In this document: positions 23,695 to 32,187 of the stretch, piece after piece | Layout of the letters: the number at the start of each line of letters is the position of its first letter | Position numbering within the stretch: the first letter of the stretch is position 1 | Source of the DNA: Sporichthyaceae bacterium | GTDB taxonomy: Bacteria > Actinomycetota > Actinomycetes > Prado026 | Direction: 5' to 3' | Assembly: GCA_031394045.1 (NCBI GenBank) | Contig: JANMWN010000280.1 | Span: 1-50,620 of the forward strand | Length of the DNA stretch: 50,620 nt | Made by a program: the position numbers and the translations under genes | The notes under the pieces: model-generated | What the model was told of the DNA's origin: nothing | The model's database searches: none | The model's input: the letters and a program-made list of their open reading frames with translations, nothing else

Positions 23695-24582
23695 GTGGAC
23701 CGTCTCGACATCCCCGGCATTGCGTCGCCGGCCGACCTGGCCGGTCGGCTGGACGCGGTCGGCTACCTCGCGGACGAGGGTCTGGCGACGGCTGCGTTCC
23801 TGGCCCTGCGGATGGGTCGCCCGCTCTTCCTCGAGGGTGAGGCCGGCGTCGGCAAGACCGCTCTCGCCCGGGCGCTGGCCGAGGTCGCATCAGCACCCCT
23901 GATCCGACTCCAGTGCTACGAGGGGCTCGATGTCTCGCAGGCCTTGTACGACTGGGACTTCCCTCGCCAGCTGCTGCACCTCAAGGCCGCCGAGGCGGTC
24001 GGCGTCAGCGACGTCGAGGCGGTCGAGCGTGACCTGTATGACCGCCGGTTCCTGGTCGCCCGCCCTCTCCTGCAAGCCATCGAGACGAGCCCGAGCGTGC
24101 TTCTCGTCGACGAGATCGACCGGGCCGACGACGAGTTCGAGGCGTTCCTGCTCGAGGTGCTGAGCGAGTTCAGCATCACGGTGCCCGAGCTGGGTACCGT
24201 CACCGCGCAGGCCCCTCCGCTGGTTGTCCTCACGAGCAACCGCACCCGCGAGGTGCACGATGCGCTCAAGCGCCGCTGCCTCTACCACTGGCTCGACCAC
24301 CCGGGGTTCGAGCGCGAGGTCGCCATCATCCGCAGGCGGTTGCCGCTGGCCACGGAACGGCTGGCCGCCGACGTGGCCCGTGCCGCCGCCGTCCTGCGCT
24401 CGCAGGACCTGCTCAAGCCGCCGGGCGTTGCCGAGTCCATCGACTGGGCCGAGGCCCTGCTCGCCCTCGGCGCCCGCGAGCTCGACCCCGACCATGCGGC
24501 CCGTACGCTCGGGGCGGTGCTGAAGTACCGCGAGGACCAGGACCGGGTCCGCGCGGCCGGGCTGGAGGCGCTGGTCCCGTGA
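23695..24582 (+). CDS. MoxR-family AAA+ ATPase (CoxD-like)
   Basis: LEGEAGVGKT, RLQCYEGLD, ALYDWD, LLVDEIDRADDEFEAFLLE, TSNRTREVHDALKRRC. Confidence 0.92.
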   Translation: MDRLDIPGIASPADLAGRLDAVGYLADEGLATAAFLALRMGRPLFLEGEAGVGKTALARALAEVASAPLIRLQCYEGLDVSQALYDWDFPRQLLHLKAAEAVGVSDVEAVERDLYDRRFLVARPLLQAIETSPSVLLVDEIDRADDEFEAFLLEVLSEFSITVPELGTVTAQAPPLVVLTSNRTREVHDALKRRCLYHWLDHPGFEREVAIIRRRLPLATERLAADVARAAAVLRSQDLLKPPGVAESIDWAEALLALGARELDPDHAARTLGAVLKYREDQDRVRAAGLEALVP

Positions 24583-25697
24583 CCGCCGCCCCCGACATCG
24601 TCGGCACCCTGGTCGGCTTCGCGCGCACGCTCCGCGGCTCCGGGGTCGATGCCGGGCCCGAGCGGGTGCAGGCCATGGTGGGCGCGCTCGCCGAGCTCGA
24701 CGCTGCCAGCCGCAGCGACATGTACTGGGCCGGTCGGCTGACGCTCTGCGCCGATGTCGACGACCTCCCGCGGTACGACCGGGCCTTCGCGGCGTGGTTC
24801 GGGGGAGAGGAACCGCCGCGGCTGCGTCCGCGGACGGTCGTCCGCGTCCCTCGCGAGGTCGCGATACCGGCGCCGTCGACCGGCGGAGCCGAGGACCCGG
24901 CCGAGTCGTCGAAGGCGGCGACCGCGAGCGACCAGGAGGTGCTCAGGCACCGCGACGTCGCCCGGCTGACCGGCCCCGAGCGCGAGGAGCTCCGGCGGCT
25001 TCTGGCACTCCTGCGCGGCCCGGCCCCGACGAGGGTGTCCAGACGTCCACGGCCGGCCCGGCGCGGCCGGCTCGACCAGCGACGGACCGTACGCGCCATG
25101 CTCGAGCGCGGGGGCGAGCCAGCTCGCCTGCGGCACGTTCACCGCAGCGAGCGGCCGCGCCGGCTGGTCCTGCTCGTCGACGTCAGTGGCTCGATGGCGC
25201 CGTACGCCGACACGCTGCTGCGGTACGCCCACGCAGCGACGACCAGGCGGCCCGGAACCGAGGTCTTCACCCTCGGCACCCGGCTGACCCGGGTGACCCG
25301 GGAGCTTGCCGACCGCAGCCCCGACGCTGCCCTGGGCGCGGTGTCGGCGGCGGTTGCCGACTGGAGCGGCGGCACCCGCCTCGGCGCCGACCTCAAGGCA
25401 TTCCTGGACGGGTACGGCCAGCGCGGCGTCGCCCGTGGCGCGATCGTGGTCGTCGCCTCGGACGGTTGGGAGCGTGGCGACACCGCCCAGCTCGGCGTGC
25501 AGATGGCCCGGCTGCACCGGCTGGCCCGCCGCGTCGTGTGGGTCAACCCGCACAAGGGTCGCGAGGGCTACCAGCCGCTGACCGCCGGAATGGCCGCCGC
25601 CCTCCCCTACGTCGACGACTTCGTGGCCGGGCACAGCCTGGCCGCCTACGAGCAGCTCACTGCCCTGCTGACCGGCCCCGGGAGTCGCCATGCGTGA
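24579..25697 (+). CDS. VWA domain protein (CoxE-like)
   Basis: MIDAS DVSGSM, FTLGTRLTRVT, DWSGGTRLG, SDGWERG, WVNPH. Confidence 0.92.
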   Translation: MTAAPDIVGTLVGFARTLRGSGVDAGPERVQAMVGALAELDAASRSDMYWAGRLTLCADVDDLPRYDRAFAAWFGGEEPPRLRPRTVVRVPREVAIPAPSTGGAEDPAESSKAATASDQEVLRHRDVARLTGPEREELRRLLALLRGPAPTRVSRRPRPARRGRLDQRRTVRAMLERGGEPARLRHVHRSERPRRLVLLVDVSGSMAPYADTLLRYAHAATTRRPGTEVFTLGTRLTRVTRELADRSPDAALGAVSAAVADWSGGTRLGADLKAFLDGYGQRGVARGAIVVVASDGWERGDTAQLGVQMARLHRLARRVVWVNPHKGREGYQPLTAGMAAALPYVDDFVAGHSLAAYEQLTALLTGPGSRHA

Positions 25698-26838
25698 CGT
25701 GCTCGAAGACCTCGACCGGCTCTGCGCCGACGGTGCCCCCTTCGGCCTGGCCACGGTGGTCCGTACCTGGCTGTCGGCGCCGCGGCCGGCCGGCGCTTCC
25801 ATGGCGGTGTCGGCGGCCGGCGAGGCGGTCGGCAGCGTCAGCGGCGGCTGCGTCGAGGGTGCCGTCTACGAGCTGGCCCAGGAGGTCATCGAGTCGGGCC
25901 GGCCGGTCCTCCAGCGGTACGGCGTGACCGACGACGACGCCTTCGCGGTGGGACTGACCTGCGGCGGGATCCTCGACATCTTCGTCGAGCGGGTTTCGAC
26001 GACGACCTGGCCTGAGCTGGTCGCCGTCGTCGAGTCCGTGCGGGCACGGAATCCGGTTGCCGTCGCCACAGTTGTTGCGGGGCCAGGACTTCTGGGCGCG
26101 AAGCGTACGGTCTGGCCGGACCGGGCGGCCGGCTCGCTCGGCTCTGAGCGGCTCGACCACGCGGTTGCTGACGACGTGCGCGGGATGCTCGAGGCCGGCC
26201 GCACCGGCTTCCTCCACTACGGCGCGGACGGCGAGCGCAGAGGCGACGAGCTGGCCGTCTTCGTGCAGTCGTACGCGCCGCCGCCGCAGATGCTGGTCTT
26301 CGGGGCGATCGACTTCGCGGCGGCGGTTGCCAGGGTCGGCCGGTTCCTCGGCTACTACGTCATCGTCTGTGACGCGCGCCCGATCTTCGCCACCACCAAG
26401 CGCTTCCCCGAGGCCGACGAGGTTGTCGTGGAGTGGCCGCACAAGTACCTCGAACGAGCGCAGGTCGACGCCCGCACGATGATCTGCGTGCTCACCCACG
26501 ACCCGAAGTTCGACGTACCGCTGCTCGAGGCTGCCCTGCGTACGCCCGCCGCGTACATCGGCGCCATGGGCAGCCGTCGCACCCACGAGGACCGGATGGC
26601 GCGGCTGCGCGAGGCTGGCCTCCGCGAGACCGAGCTGGCCCGGCTCTCGTCGCCGATCGGTCTCGACATCGGCGCCCGCACGCCCGAGGAGACCGCCGTC
26701 TCGATCGCCGCCGAGATCGTCTCGGCCCACTGGGGTGGCACGGGCCGGCGGCTCACCGGCGTCGACGGCCCGATCCACCGGGAACGCCCGGACGCGAGCA
26801 CAGATGAGCACGACGAGCACGAGGTGACCCGGACGTGA
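25690..26838 (+). CDS. XdhC/CoxI family molybdoenzyme maturation factor
   Basis: SAPRPAGA, GSVSGGCVEG, VGLTCGG, LTHDPKFD, YIGAMGSR, PIGLDIGARTPEETAVSI. Confidence 0.93.
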   Translation: MRDVLEDLDRLCADGAPFGLATVVRTWLSAPRPAGASMAVSAAGEAVGSVSGGCVEGAVYELAQEVIESGRPVLQRYGVTDDDAFAVGLTCGGILDIFVERVSTTTWPELVAVVESVRARNPVAVATVVAGPGLLGAKRTVWPDRAAGSLGSERLDHAVADDVRGMLEAGRTGFLHYGADGERRGDELAVFVQSYAPPPQMLVFGAIDFAAAVARVGRFLGYYVIVCDARPIFATTKRFPEADEVVVEWPHKYLERAQVDARTMICVLTHDPKFDVPLLEAALRTPAAYIGAMGSRRTHEDRMARLREAGLRETELARLSSPIGLDIGARTPEETAVSIAAEIVSAHWGGTGRRLTGVDGPIHRERPDASTDEHDEHEVTRT

Positions 26839-27635
26839 GCAGGCACCGCGGCTCCGCGCGGGTCGGCGGGCTGGTGCTCGCAGCCGGCGCCGGACGCAGG
26901 TTCGGCGGACCCAAGGCGCTGGCCGAGCTTGACGGCGAGCGGCTGGTCGACCGGGCCGTGCGCGTGCTGTCGCTGGGCGGTGCCGAACCGGTGCTGGTCG
27001 TCCTCGGCGCAGCGGTGGTCGAGGTCCCTGGAGCCGACGCCGTCGTCGTCAACACCGACTGGGAGCAGGGGATGGGCTCCTCGCTCCGGACCGGCCTGGC
27101 CGCCCCCGAGCTAGACGGCTGCGGGGCCGTGGTCGTCCTGCTGGTCGACCAGCCGGGCATCCGCACCACGGCCGTGCGCCGGCTGCTCGCCGCGTACGAC
27201 GACGGGGCTGACCTGGCCGTCGCCACGTACGCGGGGGAGCGCGGTCATCCGGTCCTGCTCGGCCGCGACCACTGGGCTGGGGTGGCGGAGGCCGCCGAGG
27301 GTGACGTCGGGGCCAAGGAGTACCTGCGAAGCCACGCCGCCGCCGTCCTCGAGGTCGGCTGCGACGGCGACGCGCGGGACACCGACACCCCGACCGAGCT
27401 GGCCGGCCGCGGGATCCTCGGCCGGATCGCCGGCGACGCCGGGTCGGCGGGTGCGCCGATGGCGATGGGGCTCGGTGAGCTGGGCGCCTTCTTCGGTGGC
27501 TCCGGCGCCCGGGCCCAGATGGACGAGAAGGCCAGCGAGATCGGCCGGCGGCAGACTGATGAGCAGGGCGGCGACCCGCTCGTACGCGTCGACCTCGACG
27601 CCGGCATCGCGCGGATCCGGCGCCGACCCGAGTAG
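26835..27635 (+). CDS. MocA/MobA-like nucleotidyltransferase with an extra ~75-aa C-terminal segment (DUF6191-like)
   Basis: LAAGAGRRFGGPKAL, GMGSSLR.G, LVDQP, GHPV, GDVGA, DTDTP; then extension ending DEQGGDP..RVDLDAGIARIRR. Confidence 0.85.
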   Translation: MSRHRGSARVGGLVLAAGAGRRFGGPKALAELDGERLVDRAVRVLSLGGAEPVLVVLGAAVVEVPGADAVVVNTDWEQGMGSSLRTGLAAPELDGCGAVVVLLVDQPGIRTTAVRRLLAAYDDGADLAVATYAGERGHPVLLGRDHWAGVAEAAEGDVGAKEYLRSHAAAVLEVGCDGDARDTDTPTELAGRGILGRIAGDAGSAGAPMAMGLGELGAFFGGSGARAQMDEKASEIGRRQTDEQGGDPLVRVDLDAGIARIRRRPE

Positions 27636-27644
27636 CGTCGGAGC

Positions 27645-28481
27645 GTGACCTCCCGCCCGTTCCCGCCGCCGAGCACGTTCGCGGCCGACGACGGGTCCAC
27701 AGACCCCCAGCTGGCCTTGGTGCTGGCCGCGTACCGCGCCGGCCTGGTCGACCTGCACGCGGTCCAGCGGGCGCTACTCACGGCCCGGCTGCTCGTCCCT
27801 GTCGTCGCGGTCGTCGACGATCTGGGCGAGACGGCTGAGGGGAGCCCGTTCGACAAGACGTCGCACATCTCGTCGGTCACCGTCCAGGGGCGGGACGGCC
27901 GCAGGGCCCAGCCCGTGTTCACGAGCATCGCGGCCCTGGTCGCATGGAACCCGCAGGCGCGGCCGTTCCCGCGAGCGGCGACGGAGGTGGCCAGGGGCGC
28001 GTACGCCGACGGCGCCGTGGCCCTGCTGGTCGACATAGCGGGACCGGTCGAGGTCGTGCTCGAGGGACCACCCATGCTGGCACTGGCCGAGGGCCGGGTC
28101 TGGGTCCCACCCGTCGAGGACCCGGACGTGCTCGCGGCCGTCGGGGATGCGCTGGCGGGGCTCCCTGGGCTGACCGGTGTCGACGTCGGGGCCTCCGTCG
28201 AGGCCGATCTGACCCTCACCCTGCACGTCCCCGGCGCCATCGATGGCATGACCGGCATGACCGGCATGACCGGCATGACCGGCATGACCGACATGACCGA
28301 CATGGCCAGCGTCGACGGTGCAGCCGGCCCACCGCGGGACTTTGCCCACGAGGCTGCCCACGAGGCTGTCCGCGAGGCTGCCCGCGAGGTTGCCCATGAG
28401 GCGGCGCAGCGACTGGCGGCCGTCGACCTGCTCCGGCTGCGGCTCCAGCGCGGCCTCGACCTCGCGGTGACGCCCAGCTAG
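27645..28481 (+). CDS. SseB family protein
   Basis: DDGSTDP, ARLLVPVVA, GRDGRRAQPVFTS..AL..WNPQARP, LLVDIAGP; usual position upstream of infC in actinobacteria. Confidence 0.85.
   Translation: MTSRPFPPPSTFAADDGSTDPQLALVLAAYRAGLVDLHAVQRALLTARLLVPVVAVVDDLGETAEGSPFDKTSHISSVTVQGRDGRRAQPVFTSIAALVAWNPQARPFPRAATEVARGAYADGAVALLVDIAGPVEVVLEGPPMLALAEGRVWVPPVEDPDVLAAVGDALAGLPGLTGVDVGASVEADLTLTLHVPGAIDGMTGMTGMTGMTGMTDMTDMASVDGAAGPPRDFAHEAAHEAVREAAREVAHEAAQRLAAVDLLRLRLQRGLDLAVTPS
28245..28307 (+). repeat. 9-bp VNTR (GGCATGACC x5 plus two variants) encoding (G/D)MT repeats
   Basis: Read directly in sequence. Confidence 0.95.
28344..28403 (+). repeat. Degenerate 12-bp tandem repeat x5 (GCCCACGAGGCT-like) encoding AHEA/AREA
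   Basis: Read directly in sequence. Confidence 0.9.
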
Positions 28482-28613
28482 TCGTCCCAGCGTCGTCAAT
28501 TCGCCGCTCGGGGGCATGTCGGTTTGACAGCACCCCCTATGGACACGATCTGATAACGGCGGGGGGTCTTACCAGGACGCGACGACGACACGCCACGCGA
28601 AGGGGTCCGACCC

Positions 28614-29699
28614 ATGAGTTTGCGCACGACTGCGCTGCAGTCCGCTCGGCTGTCCCGCCGTTCCCTCGCTGCCGCGATCGGCGTGAGCCTGGCACTGGCG
28701 ATCGGGCTCGTGGGCGTCGGCCCCGACCAGGCGCACGCGGCGACCACCCGCACCATCCACGCCGGCGACAACGTGCTGACGGCCTTCGAAGGGCTGCGCG
28801 CGGGCGACACCCTGCTCCTGGCGGCTGGCACGTACAACACCGGCTACCTCCGCGTCACTCCGATGGCGGCCGGCACCGCCGCGGCACCGATCACGATCCG
28901 TGCCGTCGACCCGTTCCACCCGCCTCTGCTGGTCGGCGGGCTGCGCTTCTACAGCCCGATGTACCTGGTCCTGAAGTCGTTGCGGGTCCAGGCGACGAGC
29001 CCCGGGCTGTCCGCGCTGGTGATGGACGGCGGCATCGGCTGGACCGTGGACAGCAGCGAGTTCTGGGGCGCCCGGCAGACCAAGGCGTTCGCGAACGTCA
29101 CGATCTCGGGCACAGGTGGCTACCCGCGGGCGTGGGCATTCACCCAGAACTGCGTCCACGACGCCGCCATGAACACCGGCCCCGACGCGACGGACCACAA
29201 CGTCTACGTCACCTACCAGGGCGCGACACCCACCACCGGGCTGCTGATCCGCAACCTGATCTACGGCGCTCCGCACGGCGAGAACATCAAGCTGGGCAAC
29301 GGCGGGCTCTACGGGGCGCTCGGGCCATGGGGGGTACGCGTCGCCAACAACACCCTCGCCTCCGGCGGCCGGCAGATGCTCCTGCACGGCAACGTCGGGA
29401 ACAACGTCATCGTCGGCAACCTGTTCTACAACGCCACCCAGGGGTTCGTCGCAAACCCGCAGACCACGCAGGTGTACGTGCACGACGTGACCGGCAGCGG
29501 CAACTACCTGTCCCACACGTACTCGGCCCAGGCCTCGACGCTGATGTACGACCCCTTGAGGAAGGTCACCCTCGGTGCAGGGAACATCATGGGAGCCAGC
29601 CCGGCCTTCGACGCGGTCGGCGTGTGCAACGGCTACCACCCCACCCTGGCCGCGGCTGTGCCGTACGGCCGGTGGGGCACCCAGACCTGGGCCCGTTAG
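28614..29699 (+). CDS. Secreted right-handed parallel beta-helix protein, paralog A
   Basis: Signal peptide with SRRSL and AHA cleavage site; LRAGDTLLLAAGTY, GTAAAPITIRA; Asn-ladder repeats (QNCVHD, RNLIY, NNTL, GNLFY). Confidence 0.8.
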   Translation: MSLRTTALQSARLSRRSLAAAIGVSLALAIGLVGVGPDQAHAATTRTIHAGDNVLTAFEGLRAGDTLLLAAGTYNTGYLRVTPMAAGTAAAPITIRAVDPFHPPLLVGGLRFYSPMYLVLKSLRVQATSPGLSALVMDGGIGWTVDSSEFWGARQTKAFANVTISGTGGYPRAWAFTQNCVHDAAMNTGPDATDHNVYVTYQGATPTTGLLIRNLIYGAPHGENIKLGNGGLYGALGPWGVRVANNTLASGGRQMLLHGNVGNNVIVGNLFYNATQGFVANPQTTQVYVHDVTGSGNYLSHTYSAQASTLMYDPLRKVTLGAGNIMGASPAFDAVGVCNGYHPTLAAAVPYGRWGTQTWAR

Positions 29700-29775
29700 C
29701 CATCCTCGCCTCGGCGAACGGGTGAATCACCCAGCGGCTCTTCAAGACGCCTCTCGGCTGGGTCGAACTAGGGGG

Positions 29776-30897
29776 ATGCGCACCACCCGGCTGCTCCGTG
29801 CCCGACGTTCCCGCCCGGCGACCCTCGCTGCGCTCGTCAGCGTGCTCGCCGTCGCCGTCGGCGCGCTCGGTGCGGGCACTGCCTCGGCGGTCTACGTCCC
29901 GGTCACCACCACGATCCACCCCGGCGCCGACGTCCTCGCGGCGATGCGCGCGCTGAAGCCCGGGGACACCCTCCTGCTCGCCGCGGGTACGTACAACACC
30001 GGCTATCTGCGGGCCGACAGGATGGCGGTCGGCTCCGCTGCCTTCCCGATCACGGTCGCCGCCGCCGACCCGACGCACCCGCCCCTGCTGGTCGGCGGGC
30101 TGCGGTTCTACAGCCCGTCCTACCTGGTGCTGCGCTCCCTTCGCGTACAGGCGACCAGCCCTGGCCTGTCCTCGCTGGTGATCGACGGCGGGATCGGCTG
30201 GTCGGTCATCGGCAGCGAGTTCTTCGGCGCCAGGCAGACCGACTCGCTGGCCAACGTCAACATCTCCGGTACCGGTGGGTACCCCCGGGCCTGGACGTTC
30301 ACGCAGAACTGCGTGCACGACGCGGCGAACTCGACCAGGGCCGACGCCACCGACCACAACCTCTACATCAGCTACGCCGGCTCGGCCGCAACGACCGGCG
30401 TGGTCTCGCGCAACATCGTCTGGGGCGCGCCGCACGGCGAGAACATCAAGCTGGGCAACGGCGGGCTGGCCGGGGCGATCGGGCCCTGGGGCGTACGCGT
30501 GGTCAACAACACCCTCGCGCTCGGCGGTCGCCAGCTGCTCCTGCACGCCGCCGTCAGCAACAACGTCGTCGTGGGCAACATCTTCTACCACGCCACCCAG
30601 GGCTTCGTGTCGAACCCGAAGACCACCCAGGTCTACGTCCACGACGTCGTCGGCACCGGCAACTCGGTTGCGGGCAACTACTCGTCGCTGGCGAGCATGG
30701 TGAGCTACGACCCGACCAACAAGGTGTCGTACGGCTCCGGCAACGTGGTGGGCGCCGACCCCGCCTTCACCGGGGTCGGTTCCTGCAGCGGGTGGAAGCC
30801 CACCCTGGCCGCGGCAGCGGCGTACGGTCGCTGGGCCAGCCCGAGCGGGTTGGTGCCCATGCCGCCGCCGGTGGATGCACCGCCGCGTCACTGGTAG
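29776..30897 (+). CDS. Secreted right-handed parallel beta-helix protein, paralog B
   Basis: Signal peptide ending ASA; colinear with paralog A with long identical blocks (GDTLLLAAGTYNTGYLR, HPPLLVGGLRFYSP, GAPHGENIKLGNGG); start at ATG 29776. Confidence 0.8.
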   Translation: MRTTRLLRARRSRPATLAALVSVLAVAVGALGAGTASAVYVPVTTTIHPGADVLAAMRALKPGDTLLLAAGTYNTGYLRADRMAVGSAAFPITVAAADPTHPPLLVGGLRFYSPSYLVLRSLRVQATSPGLSSLVIDGGIGWSVIGSEFFGARQTDSLANVNISGTGGYPRAWTFTQNCVHDAANSTRADATDHNLYISYAGSAATTGVVSRNIVWGAPHGENIKLGNGGLAGAIGPWGVRVVNNTLALGGRQLLLHAAVSNNVVVGNIFYHATQGFVSNPKTTQVYVHDVVGTGNSVAGNYSSLASMVSYDPTNKVSYGSGNVVGADPAFTGVGSCSGWKPTLAAAAAYGRWASPSGLVPMPPPVDAPPRHW

Positions 30898-30954
30898 CCT
30901 TCTGGCGACCGAACGCTCCGATCCGGGGGACTCCCTGGGGCTGGCGCGTTCTGC

Positions 30955-31115
30955 AAGTGGAGGCCCACCTCCCACCCGCCGGCCCCTCGGGCTTTCGGGT
31001 CCGGTCGCGGCACCCGGTCCGCCGGCTGCCTGCACACGTACGCACGGCTTCGGCTCGTGGGTGCGCTGACCGGTCGTCGATGGGCCCCCGCCTGCGCCAG
31101 GCATGGGGGCCTTCT
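30955..31115 (+). promoter_or_regulatory. Putative L20-type ribosomal protein leader with attenuator-like hairpin upstream of infC-rpmI-rplT
   Basis: AAGTGGAGG-CCCA-CCTCCCACC hairpin at 30955-30976 resembles the L20 leader 5' motif; downstream hairpin GGCCCCC-GCCTG-CGC-CAGGC-AT-GGGGGCC (31083-31111) followed by TTCT. Confidence 0.6.
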
Positions 31116-31157
31116 CCGTTCCTGGGGTCGTCGCAGCAGTCATCCTGAGGAGGGCAC

Positions 31158-31868
31158 ATCAGCGCAGAGCCCCGCATCAACGACCGGATCCGCGTCCCCG
31201 AGGTGCGGCTTGTCGGTCCGAACGGCGAGCAGGTCGGCATCGTCCGCATCGAGGATGCCCTCAGGCTGGCCCAGGAGTCCGACCTCGACCTCGTCGAGGT
31301 GGCCCCGATGGCCCGACCCCCGGTCTGCAAGCTGATGGACTACGGCAAGTTCAAGTACGAGTCGGCGATGAAGGCGCGTGAGGACCGCAAGAAGCAGGTC
31401 AATACCGTCATCAAGGAGATGAAGCTCCGGCCGAAGATCGACCCGCACGACTACGAGACCAAGAAGGGTCACGTCGTCCGGTTCTTGAACGCAGGCGACA
31501 AGGTCAAGATCACCATCATGTTCCGCGGCCGCGAGCAGTCGCGACCCGAGCTCGGCTACCGGCTGCTGCAGCGGCTGGCCGGCGACGTCGCCGACATCGG
31601 CACGATCGAGTCGGCGCCCAAGCAGGACGGGCGCAACATGATCATGGTGCTCGGACCGACCCGCAAGAAGGCCGACGTCCGAGCCGAGCGAGAGGCGGAG
31701 AAGCGCAAGGTCGACAGCGTCCCCGCCGACCCGGCTGGGCTCGCCGAGACCGCGCCGGTCGTCACGCCGGTCGTCACGCCGGTCGAGACGCCCGTCGTGC
31801 CCGTCGAGAGCGCAGCACCCAGCGAGACCAGCGAGACCAGCGAGACGATCGAGACGATCGAAACCTGA
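31158..31868 (+). CDS. infC: Translation initiation factor IF-3 with non-canonical ATC start
   Basis: [22 protein letters not shown]; SD GAGGAGG just upstream and in-frame TGA at 31146; [29 protein letters not shown]. Confidence 0.95.
   Translation: MSAEPRINDRIRVPEVRLVGPNGEQVGIVRIEDALRLAQESDLDLVEVAPMARPPVCKLMDYGKFKYESAMKAREDRKKQVNTVIKEMKLRPKIDPHDYETKKGHVVRFLNAGDKVKITIMFRGREQSRPELGYRLLQRLAGDVADIGTIESAPKQDGRNMIMVLGPTRKKADVRAEREAEKRKVDSVPADPAGLAETAPVVTPVVTPVETPVVPVESAAPSETSETSETIETIET
31753..31865 (+). repeat. Tandem 12-bp and 9-bp repeats in the IF-3 C-terminal tail (PVVT; SET/IET)
   Basis: CGCCGGTCGTCA x2 plus partial at 31753-31785; five AGCGAGACC-like units at 31821-31865. Confidence 0.9.
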
Positions 31869-31906
31869 GCCCCACCCAGCACACGACCACGAGGAGAGAC
31901 GGCGTC

Positions 31907-32101
31907 ATGCCGAAGATGAAGACGCACAGCGGGAGCAAGAAGCGTTTCCGGGTCACCGGCAGCGGCAAGATCATGCGTGAGAAGGCCAACCGCCGGCACC
32001 TGCTGGAGAGCAAGTCCTCCAAGCGCACCCGCCGGCTGGCCCTCGACGCCGTGGCCTCGCCCGCAGACGTGAAGAAGATCAAGCGCCTTCTCGGCATCTA
32101 G
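31907..32101 (+). CDS. rpmI: 50S ribosomal protein L35
   Basis: [21 protein letters not shown]. Confidence 0.98.
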   Translation: MPKMKTHSGSKKRFRVTGSGKIMREKANRRHLLESKSSKRTRRLALDAVASPADVKKIKRLLGI

Positions 32102-32187
32102 CCCGCAACAGTCCCGACCCGGGATGCATCGACGGACCGTCGACGGCTCCCGACCGACCGAACGAACAGACGAGCAAGGAGTACCCA

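Noticed and set aside
28245-28403. Possible CRISPR array or iteron set
   Set aside because: Units are 9-12 bp, contiguous without spacers, in frame within a CDS; no cas or rep gene nearby.
28482-28613. Possible riboswitch upstream of beta-helix paralog A
   Set aside because: No conserved blocks of c-di-AMP, c-di-GMP, TPP, SAM or cobalamin aptamers recognised; TTGACA is present but no well-spaced -10 could be assigned.
32102-32187. Small palindromes in the rpmI-rplT spacer (TCGACGG-A-CCGTCGA)
   Set aside because: Short GC-rich inverted repeats are expected by chance or act as generic mRNA hairpins; no further support.
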